From contig OZ037768.1 of assembly GCA_964035545.1 (NCBI GenBank), positions 6,542,741 to 6,606,740 on the forward strand: a stretch of DNA of 64,000 nt. Direction: 5' to 3'. The DNA comes from Bugula neritina (lineage: Eukaryota; Animalia; Bryozoa). The stretch's first letter is position 1, and each line of letters starts with the position of its first letter. Below, one piece after another: positions 1 through 13,300 of the stretch. The notes beneath the pieces are model-generated. The model did not search any database, had not been told where the DNA came from, and saw only the letters and a list, made by a program, of their open reading frames with translations. The translations under genes were made by a program, and so were the position numbers.

Positions 1-164
1 TAGTATTAATGCGTTTAGTTAGTTGTATGTAGATACTTTTCATTAATTTATTTTTATTTTCTAATGACTCTGTTTTCATTGAAGTTTTTTCAAGTTGGTG
101 GCTACTTCTCAAATTTTTAATAATCAACTTGTATCTATTCATTACACACATGATTTCTCTTTAG

Positions 165-661
165 ATTATATAGCATGGATGGGAACTTTTTGTACTTATG
201 ACCAGAGCACATTTGACATCTTCATTGAGCACACTCTATCAGAGTGTTTAGGACTAACTTGTTCCATGGAAAGCTGTGAACAATGCCAAGCAAATGCTGA
301 CCTTTACGGTAACTATGTTATCACACTCTCTTATGCCTACAAATTTCATTCACATCATAATACTACTGCAACCTATTGAGTGCATTTGCATGTTACAGGG
401 CTGCTAACTAATTCTATTGGGCCAAACAACGGTAAAAGGCAAACCTCCGGTCCACCTTTAGTGATACCAACCACTGAGAAGCATATATATGGAGGCAGGC
501 AACATCCTGCGCTAAAGAGGCCGCAATCCTCCAAACTGGCTAAAAGACCTGCTCAGACGAAAGGTGTTCGAAGTAGACCACACTCTGCCACATCTAGCAA
601 AGGCAGCATATCTATTGCCAAACGTCCATATTCAGCAAAAAGTTCAGACAGAGAAATTTAA
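165..661 (+). CDS. 3' end (last two coding exons, 165-308 and 399-661) of an unidentified gene starting left of the window
   Basis: tttag|ATT acceptor at 164/165, ACG|gtaact donor at 308, ttacag|G acceptor at 398/399. Frame is continuous (DYIAWMGTFCTYDQSTF...CEQCQANADLY-G-LLTNSIG...SSDREI*), stop TAA 659-661, AATAAA immediately after. Product not recognised. Confidence 0.6.
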
Positions 662-1842
662 AATAAACTTTGCCATTGCCAAGTTCACACTGGTCTTTTG
701 ATTTCAAGTTTTGTGAAGTCTCAGAATAACAGTGTGTTTAAATTTTCTACGACAGTCTATTTTCAGTATATATAAATTAAGCATGTATTTGTTATACATT
801 CAACACTGTGATTTAATTTACTGCGATTTCACGCTTCAACAATTATGACATCAAGTTTTACATAATAATGTTATGCAAATCAATGTTTTCTTTAGAAATG
901 CCTATATTTTTAACTTTTACAACAATTAGATATATGTTATATAAATAATTGGGTGCATTTACAAAATGCATAATATATTAAAACTCCTTATTTTGCAGAG
1001 ATTTCTAAAATACTAGCAAATTCTAGCTTTGTTGTAATGAGATTTTATTTGTGTTAATTTATTTGTGTGGATGAAGTAATCTCTGTTTATACTCTTTAGA
1101 TTTATAAACAATAAAACTTTCATGAATAAATAAATATTGAACATTCTTGACAACGTATTGAAGTTCTAATTCTATTTAAATTGGAGCCTGGTGTTGAAAT
1201 ATAAAGCAATGTATGTAGAGTATATTATTATATTTCTTTACATAATTTATATTGATTTGATTACTACTTATTTATGAAAAACAAAATACAAAAATATAAT
1301 TAGAAGTTTAGTTGAGTATATGAATATTATTTTACAATACAGCATTAGATTATTTATCATTGCATATTTTCATTGTTAATACTACTACACTGAGCCAGGC
1401 AATGTGATAATTTAATGATGAACCACAAGGTATATTTCATTTACTTCAAGTGTGAACACTTGCAATGAAGGCTCCTTTAATCGAAAATACAGTTAGAGAA
1501 AAATGCTGAGCTCAAAAGTTTATGCAGGAATACACCAAACATTATGGATTATTGCAACAAATTGGATCAAAGTGAAACTTTAATTAAAACCCACTTGTAC
1601 TCACTGTGCAGGTGGCTTGGTGAACTGTGTGCGAATAGGTGCAAAAATTGGAAAGTAAATTCTCAAAAAGCTGAAGAACTAAGATCAGAATATTATACAG
1701 CTAAGATTGAACTACTTACAAGTGCAGGAACTGAAGGAGTATTTAGTATAATGAGTATAACATAGTGTAGGTAAAAGTGCAATAAGTTAGTAGGAATACA
1801 AAGCTTTTCTCTGTGAATTATGTACAAGGGAGGACAATCACT

Positions 1843-4353
1843 TCACACATTTTCTGACCAGTTTATCTCATCAGCTTTCACCTGCAAGGTAAACAAGGGA
1901 AATGAATATTCAAACTAATTCAAGTTGAAAATAAAAGAGTGAAAAGTGAGAAAATACAGCGCACCTGTCTCAACTTGCCAATTCCACCTGAGCTTCTGAT
2001 TGCTATCATCAGTTCCTCTCGGGGATCCAGCTCTGTGGGGGTGGGCTACAAACCAAATCAGTTTATTGTAAACAACATACAGTAGCAGGAGATATTTAAA
2101 TAGAATGCATTTTATACAATTGTATGCAGTTTTGGTGAGCAAATAATATATACAACAAATAGATTTAAAACACAGCCCCATAGCAAATATGTATGCATTA
2201 AAAAATGTTAAATTTAACAATGAAACATGCGGAATGAGAACAGATATGTAGACATATTAGTAGTAAGCAGTACTACGCCCCTAGAGAAGGCACGTCATGC
2301 AGTACATTGACTGTTCATAAGGTAAACATGTTTCTAACACTGAATGTTACATACACATCAGGTGTGTTGCTCATTGACAAATAAAAGGGATTAATAGAAG
2401 TGATAGATAATTAGACTGAGGTTCCTAAGAATATCTATTTGAAAAGGGATCTCCAGCTAGTCCCCCCTTTATATAACACATACATTCTTAACACATATAC
2501 AGAAGTTACCTCCCTTGAATCAACTGACAAAAATTTACAGAATTAGGAATCATGGCCCAAATTCAATAAATTGAATAGTGCATGGCGTATTGCACAATGA
2601 GTGAATTACAGGCGGACCTTTTGTCAAATTGGAAATGGCTAATAAGTTAATATTAGGAACACAACTTTACAGTTGGAGAAGTTCTAAGCTAAATACAGCG
2701 TACAACAGGCAGCTAATGGTCACGCACATGCAAAGATGCTAACATGGACCTTTTATATTAGCTCAAGACCTTACTAACATTGTGATTTGGGGCACCCAGC
2801 ACAGAAGTGCCTTAAAATGTCAAAGTTTGTCACTAGAAATATGTGGTTCATAAACAATAATGCTGAGAAGCCAGGCGTCAAGTTGAAATGACCCCTTGGT
2901 GTATGGAATAAGACTGGGAGCAAAGGCTATGAAATAATTTCCACTTTTGACCGTATAATTGCCTCATGTCCAACAATACAAAGAGGGACATCTCATTACA
3001 CCTCTACTTGCATCATTTTATAAAACGTCAATTACTAAATATCACGGTTTAATTAAATGGCTAGAAGTCAATGCCGTGTCAATTGACCTCTACCTACCTG
3101 TATATGATGTCTATTATTAGAATTCTGCGGTGGAAAAGGATCAGAAACTGATCGTTTACTATTTTTGTGTCGAGTTTTCTGAGGTTTGTGTCTAACCACG
3201 TCGATTTCTCGAAGCTCATCTGACGAAGATTGCGACGATGAGTCAGCGGGCGTACGTCTGCAGATTTCACAACAAATCACTTGGTTTACAAAATTTAGAG
3301 AGCTCAGTCTATGAGCTTGACAGCTACATGCAAGACGCAGAGAGTACATGAACAAGCTTCTTGTGCAGACTAAACTAGCTGAAGCTACTGAGCATAATGC
3401 TCTAGGTGTGGCACAGCATGCAGCGTATTGATGCTATAAAATCACAAACATGCACAGATTATTTATAATTGAAACTCTTACCGCCCATAGTTGGGTTTTC
3501 CCTTGGCGCTTGTTATCTCCGCCAGCAGAGAGCCTCGGGCTGATGGCGGTCTATTGAACCTTGGGTCATTTGACTTGTCTTTACCATTCGATAATTTCTG
3601 GAATAACAAAAACAAAAAGTGTATGAATACACAGCTACTAGTCAACAGCTATATTATAGTACAAAACTGAGGGACTTATATAGATAGAGTATTCATTAGG
3701 CATAGGCACTCACCTGGCTAGAGCTTTTGTAGCCGTTTGTTGTGACAGCATGGGTAACAGGTGTTTGTGAGGTAGTAGATGGCAAATTACCATTGGCTAA
3801 ACTCGGTGCTATTTCTCTCTCAGCAACGTTGCTTGGGACAGAATCTCGTTCACCACTCGACACATAAATGCCTCTACAACAGTACACAGTAGAGTAGTGC
3901 ACAGTAGAGTAATACACAGTAGAGTAGTATACAGTAGAGTAGTACACAGTAGAGTAGTGCACAGTAGAGTAGTACACAGTAGAGTAGTACACAGTAGAGT
4001 AGTACACAGTAGAGTAGTACACAGTAGAGTAGTACACAGTAGAGTAGTACACAGTAGAGTAGTACACAGTAGAGTAGTACACAGTAGAGTAGTACACAGT
4101 GGAGTAGTACACAGTAGAGTAATACACAGTACAGTTGTATACAGTAGAGTAGTACACAGTGGAGTAGTACACAGTAGAGTAGTACACAGTAGAGTAGTAC
4201 ACAGTAGAGTAGTATACAGCACACATACCTATCTGGAGCATAGTCAGATGTCCTGCCCCCTCTATCTCTTATATTCTTCATCAACATCTCTACAGGGTCC
4301 AGCTGTGGCTCAGCTTTTTTTATAACTCTGCTAGCAGCTGACCTCAGCGTGAC
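1843..4353 (-). CDS. COBL: COBL C-terminal exons with WH2 actin-binding motifs
   Basis: Canonical terminal WH2 DPREELMIAIRSSGGIGKLRQV (2045-1965 plus 1881-1843). Degenerate WH2-like helices ARGSLLAEITSAKGK (3597-3482) and DPVEMLMKNIRDRGG (4353-4229). Stop TGA at 1845-1843. Confidence 0.8.
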
Positions 4354-7300
4354 CTACAAAGTGTTTTCTGTTACAGTGAAATGAGCAGCCATAGTTACAC
4401 ATGCAAATGGCGCTAAACTTATGAGTCATACATGTGTGATAATATGGCCAGATTCTGTGCAGTTATGGCAGCAACTTTCTCGCCTCACTGAATCTAACGA
4501 CTCATAAACACAAGCGTTTGATAAGCGGGTAGACACTCGTGTTTCACAAACTCCATGGCGTTGTTGAAAAGAAAATAAAGCAGCTCTAAAGCATGAACAC
4601 ACAAATTAAATTTTAATTAACATTAAAAGTATGCTAGGCTTGATAAATAACTGTGTTATAAATTATAAAGTAAAAGCATTCTCACTTACGTTGCTTTCTC
4701 CAATATTCTGAAAATAAACCCACGACTTAAAGAGATGAAGAAACATATTGTATAGAAATTTCTCTTATTATAAATAAGCATAATATTAAATAAAATTCAA
4801 TTAAATATTTAAATAGTCTTCAGAAATGACAGGACAAGAATAACACACTATGCAGACGCATTACGCAGACGTATGTCTAACCTTGTGAAGCTCTGATGGA
4901 ATAGACTGGTACATTTTATCCTCTGTAGCAGCGAAAGGTTTGCTCTTCGAAAAAGATGTCGGTGAAGACACTGAACTTGAATCATTGGCCGAAAGGTTTT
5001 TCTGAGATGCGGTTATTTCTTTCACACGATTTTCATTGTTTTTCAGTTGGCTTTGCCATCTTGCCATATTTTCCTATTTATTAGAAACACATTATAATAG
5101 TCTAACAACAGGGCATACAAATACAGCATCCTTAGACTATGAAATACTTGAGTGAAAAAGTTAATGCAAATGAAATGAATCGGCCAACTTAGTTTTTATT
5201 ACCTCTAAACATGAAAGACCCTGGACTACAAACAGCAATGGTAGCACAGACTATACCTGAAGAATATTATATTGCTCCTTCATGGATCCCTTACGACTCA
5301 AATTAGCTCCAGTCTTCTGAGGTTTAGCAGCTGTGGGTGGAGGTACCTTGGGCGTTGAAGACTTGGGTGATGCAGGAAGACCATTCTTATTGGATGCTGT
5401 TTTTACGTCAAATTTTGAAGTGTCAAGTTTCACAACATTTTCTATCCTATCAGCAGACTTTGGGATATCAACACGTGAGTTTCGGTTAGCCTTAAAGAAC
5501 ATAGGTTTGTGGGCCCCCTCTGGCTGTTTCCTCATGGTTACATTGACTTCCCCCGACTTCATACTCTCCGATAGCAAAGAGCCAAGAGGTTTGGGATCAC
5601 CGGCTGTGGGCGAGGCTGGCACTGTCTTACCTGCTGGTTTACGCTCGACCAGGATGATGTCACTAGGTGGAACGTGTGACAATCTCTTCTCTTTGCCGTC
5701 AGAGAGCTTCACGTCCTCCGACCGACTGCCGGAGTGAGTCATTCTATTGTAAACAGGAAGTGGCCGGGAGTATAAAGTAGGTTCAGCGGTTGGCTCTTTC
5801 GACACGACCGGTTTACTGGCTACAGCGGGGGGTGCAGACGTACCATCAACACTAACTGGCCTCACCTTAGCGCCCTCGGCCATAACAGCCTTTGCAGAGA
5901 TTATCGAAAATACTGACTTTGGACGAGGTTTCTCTGATTTATTTTCTGTTTTGCCGTCCGGTACATCAAATGATTTGGAAGTGAAAGATGCAGTTCGGCT
6001 TTTAACCTGTAATAGAAATTAGAAATGCCAGCATTCATCCCAGTAGCTAACAGAAATGGAAATTCTATGTGGAACAACAATGTAATGAAGCAAAACCAAA
6101 AAAACCATTTTGGTTAGCGTTACAGGAAATCGTGAGGAAGAACTTTTATAAATCTAAATTAATCAGCCAATTAGAAGAGTGCATACAGATCTACACTAAT
6201 AATTAATAGGGTTAAGGTGAACATGTAACAAGTAGCTGGAAGAAACAAAGCTCTATAGTTGGACATGGAATCATCTGATTGGATGTGAAAGTTATAGTAG
6301 CAGAGTTTTAGGCTCGTTACCTCAACATCCTTGGAATCCTGCAGATTCGAATGAAATAATAATGTATTAGTGCAAAATACCTGAGCAGAAATCAAATTGA
6401 AACTAACTTATAACAAACAGATAATATTTGTAACGCATATTGCAAACATTTGAAGACAGTCAACATATTTCTAAATGCTTAAGAATAATAATAAACCAAA
6501 TCTGAGGAATGGACCAACGAAATAATTTCAGTAACAGATTTATGTAATATTATACAATATTTACAGAATTCTTGTATTACTATATTATATAATAACCATA
6601 CCCTATCTATAGGTAAATCACATCCGAATATATTACCTGGCCAGGAAAACCTCTGACGGAACCCTTAGCGGACTCTCCATATATAATGTTGTTGATGTCT
6701 TGACCTTTAGCCTCCGCAAACAGACCTTTTCTGGTAGATCTGTGGGTTGATGTGTTTGTTGGTGTCAAAACTACGTCAGTCAATGTGTCCGTCTCTGATT
6801 GGCTAACTTTCTCTGTGCTTGTTGTATCATATCCATCACCTGTAAACATACAATCGTGCTTTATTATATAATATAAAATTATAAACATCTTGATAATTAT
6901 TACCCAGTAGACCATAATAGTGAAAATATAGCATAGGAGTAGAGTTGAAAGGTCAAACCTGACTCGGGTACTGACTCCTCATCAGAATGAAGGCTGCTAG
7001 ACTGAAGGCTGCTGCTTTGTGGTCTGTCGGTGTGCTCGCTGTCCGGCAGCGTGCTATCCGACTGCTGCGAGTCTCTCCGAGTTAGCGTTTCTTTAGCTGG
7101 ACTTAGTTTAGTGAGAGTAGCTTTGATATGGCTCTCTTCGGCTCCAGTCTTCAGCACTTCATCTCTAAATGGGTTATCAAACCTAATGAAAGACATAAAG
7201 GTTAGAGATATACCAAAACAAAGCGGCGGCAGCAAGCATTTTGAAATTCCTTGAAAACTTTGATTGCAATAAATTCCTGAAGGTTGGAGAGGTGTGTGTT

Positions 7301-10300
7301 TAATGATTGAGGATGGAATAAATATACTAAATGAAGGAATCGGTGAGAAATATCTACCAACTCATATCACAATTATATGATGCCAATCAGTGCAAATGGA
7401 CAGCAGCAACTTACAAGGGCAAACAATTCTAGCTAACAACAGCATGGTTTAGCTACTCAATTGGATTATCTTGTTTAGATAAAACTGAAATATCAATTTA
7501 GTTCTACTGCTGTGACACACAAATTGTAATATAATAGTCTTACATGTGACAGGCATTCAAATGATTACTGGACAATGTTGATGAAGCAAATCACTATAAT
7601 AATGGGTTAATAAACAACAGAGCAAAACAAAATGATTACGAAAAAAGGACAGCAAAGCTAGTTGATATCTCAAACTTGTACACTTCTATAAGCTCTTACC
7701 TCATCACCTCACTGTAACAAAGATCAACATTCAGTTACATTATAACGGCCATCAGCACATTGAAACTCACAACTAATGTATATAGAGGTCTACAATCAAG
7801 ACAAATCACTTACCCATAAGTTATTTCTTCAACCGGCTTTACATCATCATCACTCTCGTCACCAACATGACCCCCTGAAGGTAACTTACTAGCCGCCACT
7901 ACAAAGTTCTCCCCATCAGGTACCAGGCTTCCATCAGAACTGATAAAGAGAAGCATAATGAGAGATGTCGTACTTCAAGACACAATAATAGATGAAATTG
8001 ATATTTGATACAACATAATGTAGTGATGATACAATGCAAGTCCATGAGAAGATAATTTCCACTGGTTACCCTTCATCTTCTCCAATAGACGCATCTAACT
8101 GTGTAACAGCTGAGAGGAAATCTTCCTTAGATGGCCCCTTATCGCTGGAACTCGACTCCACAGTCAAACTCGGTAGAACTGATTTTTCCGGTTGTTCAGC
8201 TTTAATTTCTTTCTCTGGTGCGGCGTGACTTGACCTTGACACAGCCTCTGTTTTAGACGAATCAGCAGCTGAGATCTCCAACTGATGAGGAAGGCTAGAC
8301 GACTCCGTCGACGGTTTAGATGTTTCTTTATCCACAGAGGGTGAAATAGCACCTACAACATACACATTACTACTTCAAGCACCAGACTAGAAAGGATATA
8401 TAAACACAGTGCTATAAAACAGAAGGTGGCCGGGTTAAGCACACAGCATGAAAGTAATAACACAACGTCACAGTGAGGTGTTACAGACAGACAAACCTTG
8501 CTCACTACGAAGTTGTCTCTCACCGGCAGCAATAGCTAGGTCAAAATGCTGCTGGACATCATCTATAGTGTCAACAGAAGCTCTACTACAACGACTTTCA
8601 CTCCTAGAGTGCACTACAATACCATTAGTGGGAGTGTGCACAGACAGTAACATACTTAGCAATGCATGCAGCAGACACGAACATACGTACACGACGTGTT
8701 CCAAGTGCAAACAGTTAATTCAGGGTTACACGAGAAGTAACACTTAGCGATCTTACTACACAACCAACAACTAAGCAGTGTACAATAATTAATTAACATG
8801 CAACTGATATTTCAGTCATCCATTTTTGTGTTTCACCCTTTTCTACTAAAGGTCACACCCTTCTTACCTGGGCCCCGCTCAGATGGTGACTTATGTATTT
8901 CATCATTTATACTGGTTGGTGAACCAAACCCTAAACTGCTTTCTGTGGGCGGGGATTCACTAACTGCTGGAGGCGGACTTTCAGGTGGAGGAGGTGGGAT
9001 AAATATAGGAGGGGGTGTGGTTTTGGGACTAAAAGACGTAACGCCCATCTCAGGAGTGTCATCTGCAAGGGAAGCCGTTTTGTAACAACAGTATAACAAA
9101 CCACAAAGTGAACATGAAACACACAAACAAATCATAGAAACAATAGCAACATAAACCAAATGGAAGAACATAACTCAGTTGTAACGGAACAGTACAATAA
9201 GTAAAACACGCATTAGAGTGAGACTTAGGCACAGATATAGGAAACTAAACAAGAATGTTGTTACACAAGTTAATGGATATAGAACTTAGAACCAAGTACC
9301 ATTTTGTGAAGAAACTGAATGGGTTTCGTCCTCAGATTCCACCGTCTTGTTGTGTAAAGTAAGTTCTAAAGACGCTTCTGTACTTGAAACTAAGAAACCA
9401 AAAGTTTAGAATGTTTGATATCGCATGCAGAATACTATATTATATTATACATTAACTCTAAGTATAGTCATTTATAGAATTTATATATTTAGCTGCTGTA
9501 ACCTGCAGATACTACAAGACAACTGACATACATGTAGGTTCTAATGAGCATATCATACAACACACTTACTGCATGTACACAGCAGTTGTGCAGTTGGTTT
9601 ACTGTGATATACCCTCAAGTGGGTACAAGACAACTGACATACATGTAAGTTGCAATGAGCACATCATAAAGTACATCTAGTACATGTACACAGTGTGTGT
9701 GCAGTTGGTTTACTGTGATATGCCCACAACAGATACTACCTATAGCTGGGAAGAGAGAGCAAACATGTGACATGAGAGACTGACCAGGGAGCTGGGGAGA
9801 TGGAAGTGGAGGTGCAGATTTGGGGGGAGGTGGTGCAGGGGCTGCCTTCTTTTTATTTGTTCTCCTAGATTGAGCAGTGACAGCAGCTGTAGCGGCAGCA
9901 GCATGCTTATCCTGTACAGCGTCGGCCTTCGGTACGCTAGCTTCCAGCTACAGGCAGTGATATACACAAACATAAAAACTTTGGGATTTGTTTATTCAAT
10001 AAGAACTCGCAACTAAATACTTGAATATGTGAGCATTTGTTAAAACGTATGAAAATAGTTTTAATCAAAAACTGAAATGAAACTAAGTTAAATTATCTGA
10101 AATATTGTAGGTTTCAAATCTAAAGACAAATTCGTGAACAATAAATGTGAGGAAATATTGACATTTAATTCTTGACGTAACGTACTGCAGACTCATTCTT
10201 GGTCCTAGAGAGAGAGGAAGCGTCTATGGTGCTGGGAGAGGAGGCGGAATCTGATGAGGTCACAGGGGGTTCATGGTAACCACTCGAGTCCGAACTGTTT

Positions 10301-13300
10301 CTGTGAGAGAATGAAATAAAACAATACAATACAATTTATAGTTTATAAACATTTTTCCAGACATATAATAAAATTAAACATTCAAATTACATAAAAATAA
10401 AGGATAAACTCTACAATTGTCTGAAACTTGTTATATTACAACTTAATGCATTGACCTGCTCATTTAAAGAATAAATGCTTAAGAAGTTTTACCTGGAATG
10501 ATTTCGTGCATCAGATGGAATGTTTTTGTGTCGTCTGTCATAAGATAATTCTGTAGCTGGTGCTAGATTGGGTGTAGAAGCATACATTGTAGTTTTCTTC
10601 TCTTCCTTGATTATTTCCATAGTAGTGAGTGGCCTAAATCAAACACTATCATATTGAACACACACCAATAATAGCCAATAACAGCCTATTGTGATGGTAA
10701 AATGACAGAAACAATTGCCATGCTTAATTATACAGACTATTGTTTTTACAAGCAACCTAATGGGCTCATTAGACAATGAAAATTTAGCTGGGAGTAACAA
10801 TCCTGTATGAACAAATGCAGGAAAACTGTTAACACAGGTGCAAGATGAATATATAGGTAAAAATGAAACTGCAAGAAATCTATAAAGTCCCATAGCTTGT
10901 TTCTTGGTAATGTAGACTCAGTTCTAAACTCTTAGCATGTTTCATTCTTGCACTTCGTCTAAACAGATTACGCTGATATCAAAGCACTTGTTGATTTTTG
11001 AATTCCAAACCACTCATTGTTGAAGATAATCTTTGAGTTTACCCACCCACCCACTTGGTAGCAAAAGATTAAAGCACGATAAAGAATCTATCACAGTTGC
11101 CAAATAATTCTCCCTATCAATATAACTCGGTTTAACATAGGAGAGAACTAAACTGAAGCTTGTTTGAACAATGTTATCTTTTACACTTGCTGGGTGTAAC
11201 TAACAGCCTCTGCTACTGTTTTGAGTAGTTACACAGGCTGAAACTCTCTTCTATGCAGCTGACAAACATATGGCGGAAAAGAGCTAAAACACAGTCATGA
11301 AACGAGGTCAAGGTTACCTAGGAGGAGCAGGTGCTTTATACTTCTTCTTAGATGGAGCCCTTTTCACCTTGGATCTTAAATTTACTTCACTTTCATCTCC
11401 TTCGGGGATAGATGGTTGAACCTGTAACATGAAGGAATAGATGAGAATATTATAGGAATATGGGCCGCAGGATATATTGTCAAGGCTTAATGTCCACTGG
11501 GTCAATATTCAGCTCAATAGAAATCAATCAACTTATACATAATCAATACTAGTTGAGTTGAACAGATAATTCAATTATATAGCATTACGCAAACACTATT
11601 ATATAACATTGCAACAGTAGTCCAGGCATAATCATATTATGAGAAACCTGGGACAGTTTAATCCTAAATGAATAGCTTTATCCTACACAACTTAGTATTA
11701 TACAGTATAAAATAGCACATTATTGCAGATAATTTACACTTTGACTATACTATTGCACATTGCTGCATATTGCATTATATCACTTAATATTACATGTGTT
11801 CAAACTGTGTTTACTGTTATATAAATAGCATGTTTCTATTATTATTATTCTAAACAAGCTATTCACAATATATAATAATATTTACTGTGACAATTATAAT
11901 TATAACATAATTTGTATTCACCAACTATTCACTATACCCTATGGCTAGTCCTAGTCCCTAGTAGGGCAACCAGCTGTGCCAGCTTTACATTCCATGAAAG
12001 TTTGACAGATGCGATACCAGAATTAGATTGTATTAAGCAGTACCTACTTTACAGACCAAAAATTTGGTCCATTTAGACCCTAAATACCACCCGAGTCAAT
12101 CTGCCAAAGTGTCAGAAACTAGACTGTGATCTTCCTTACCTTAGGCTGAGGTTTAACCTGAGCCTGGGGCTTTCTAAGCATGAATTGATCATTTCTTTGG
12201 GGTAAGACTTGAGTGGACATACTTCTCCCCTGCTGCTCTAACTTTCTCTACAACACAGGCAGCAGTACAGTTGGTCATGACTAGAAAATTGATTATTTGT
12301 GCTACTCCGTCAGGTATATGAAGCACTGAGTGGGTTATAATGCATGAACTAGTAAGTAGTGCACGTGGGGATTAACGCCTAGTTGAAGTAATTCTCCTTC
12401 CAGCTAACCTTCCAATGCCATGTTTAGAAAAATTATTAAATTACAATAAATAGTTTAAATTTAAAATGGAAATCAGTACTCAAGCGTAGAGTGAGACAGA
12501 ACTTTAAGTTCAGGCCCAAAGTTTCAGCTTAGAAATGAGAGAAATAAGAGTCCATTAGTGTGTAGGTGCACATATAAAATATTGGTGCAATACAAATGTA
12601 TCTACAATTGAATATGACTTCTGCAGAAGTTTTACTAACTAATAAAAACTATTCAATGGTCTTATGCACACTTAGCCTAGCCTTTATATAAATTAAACTG
12701 AATTCACTTTCGTAGTTAAAGCATTTATTATATTCTAGTCACATAAAACTAGCTAGCACACCAAACTATGATTCCTGGAATCAACTTTGGTGAAGTTTAC
12801 AAGTTCTTTCAGTCTAAACCTACCACAGTCTAAATGTAGTATGTTTTGATAGTGTAGACCAGGTTATTGTGTTATTATGTTAGTTTATCAACTAAGTAAA
12901 AATTAGAAAGAAAAAAACAACATAACCTCAGCATACCAACACTAAAACAAACGTGTGCATGAAAATGAAATTATAACCAATGCAGCTAGCTGGGCTTTCA
13001 TCAACACACGCTTTATGCATGCAGCAGGTTAACAGCAAAACAAATATCAGACTTAGTATCAGACTATAGTAGCTAAGCTTACTATCTTCAGATAAGAAAT
13101 TATTAAACATGTTTCACTTGAATTAGTGAATGACTTGGCCGGATGTACTTAGAAATACTAACATTATGTACTGATTCAGTTAACACTAACGTAACTACAA
13201 ATTATAACCGGCTAAATTATATACTAGCATGTTAATATACATGTTTGCCTTGTACTAGTTCAGCTTCTCTATGCTTAATTTATCAACTTGTTTTCCAAAA

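Noticed and set aside
3696-4325. Four overlapping repetitive ORFs (YYSTV, TTLLC, VLLYC, HSRVV repeats)
   Set aside because: Artefacts of the stop-free 15-bp intronic minisatellite. The real exons flank it with proper splice sites.
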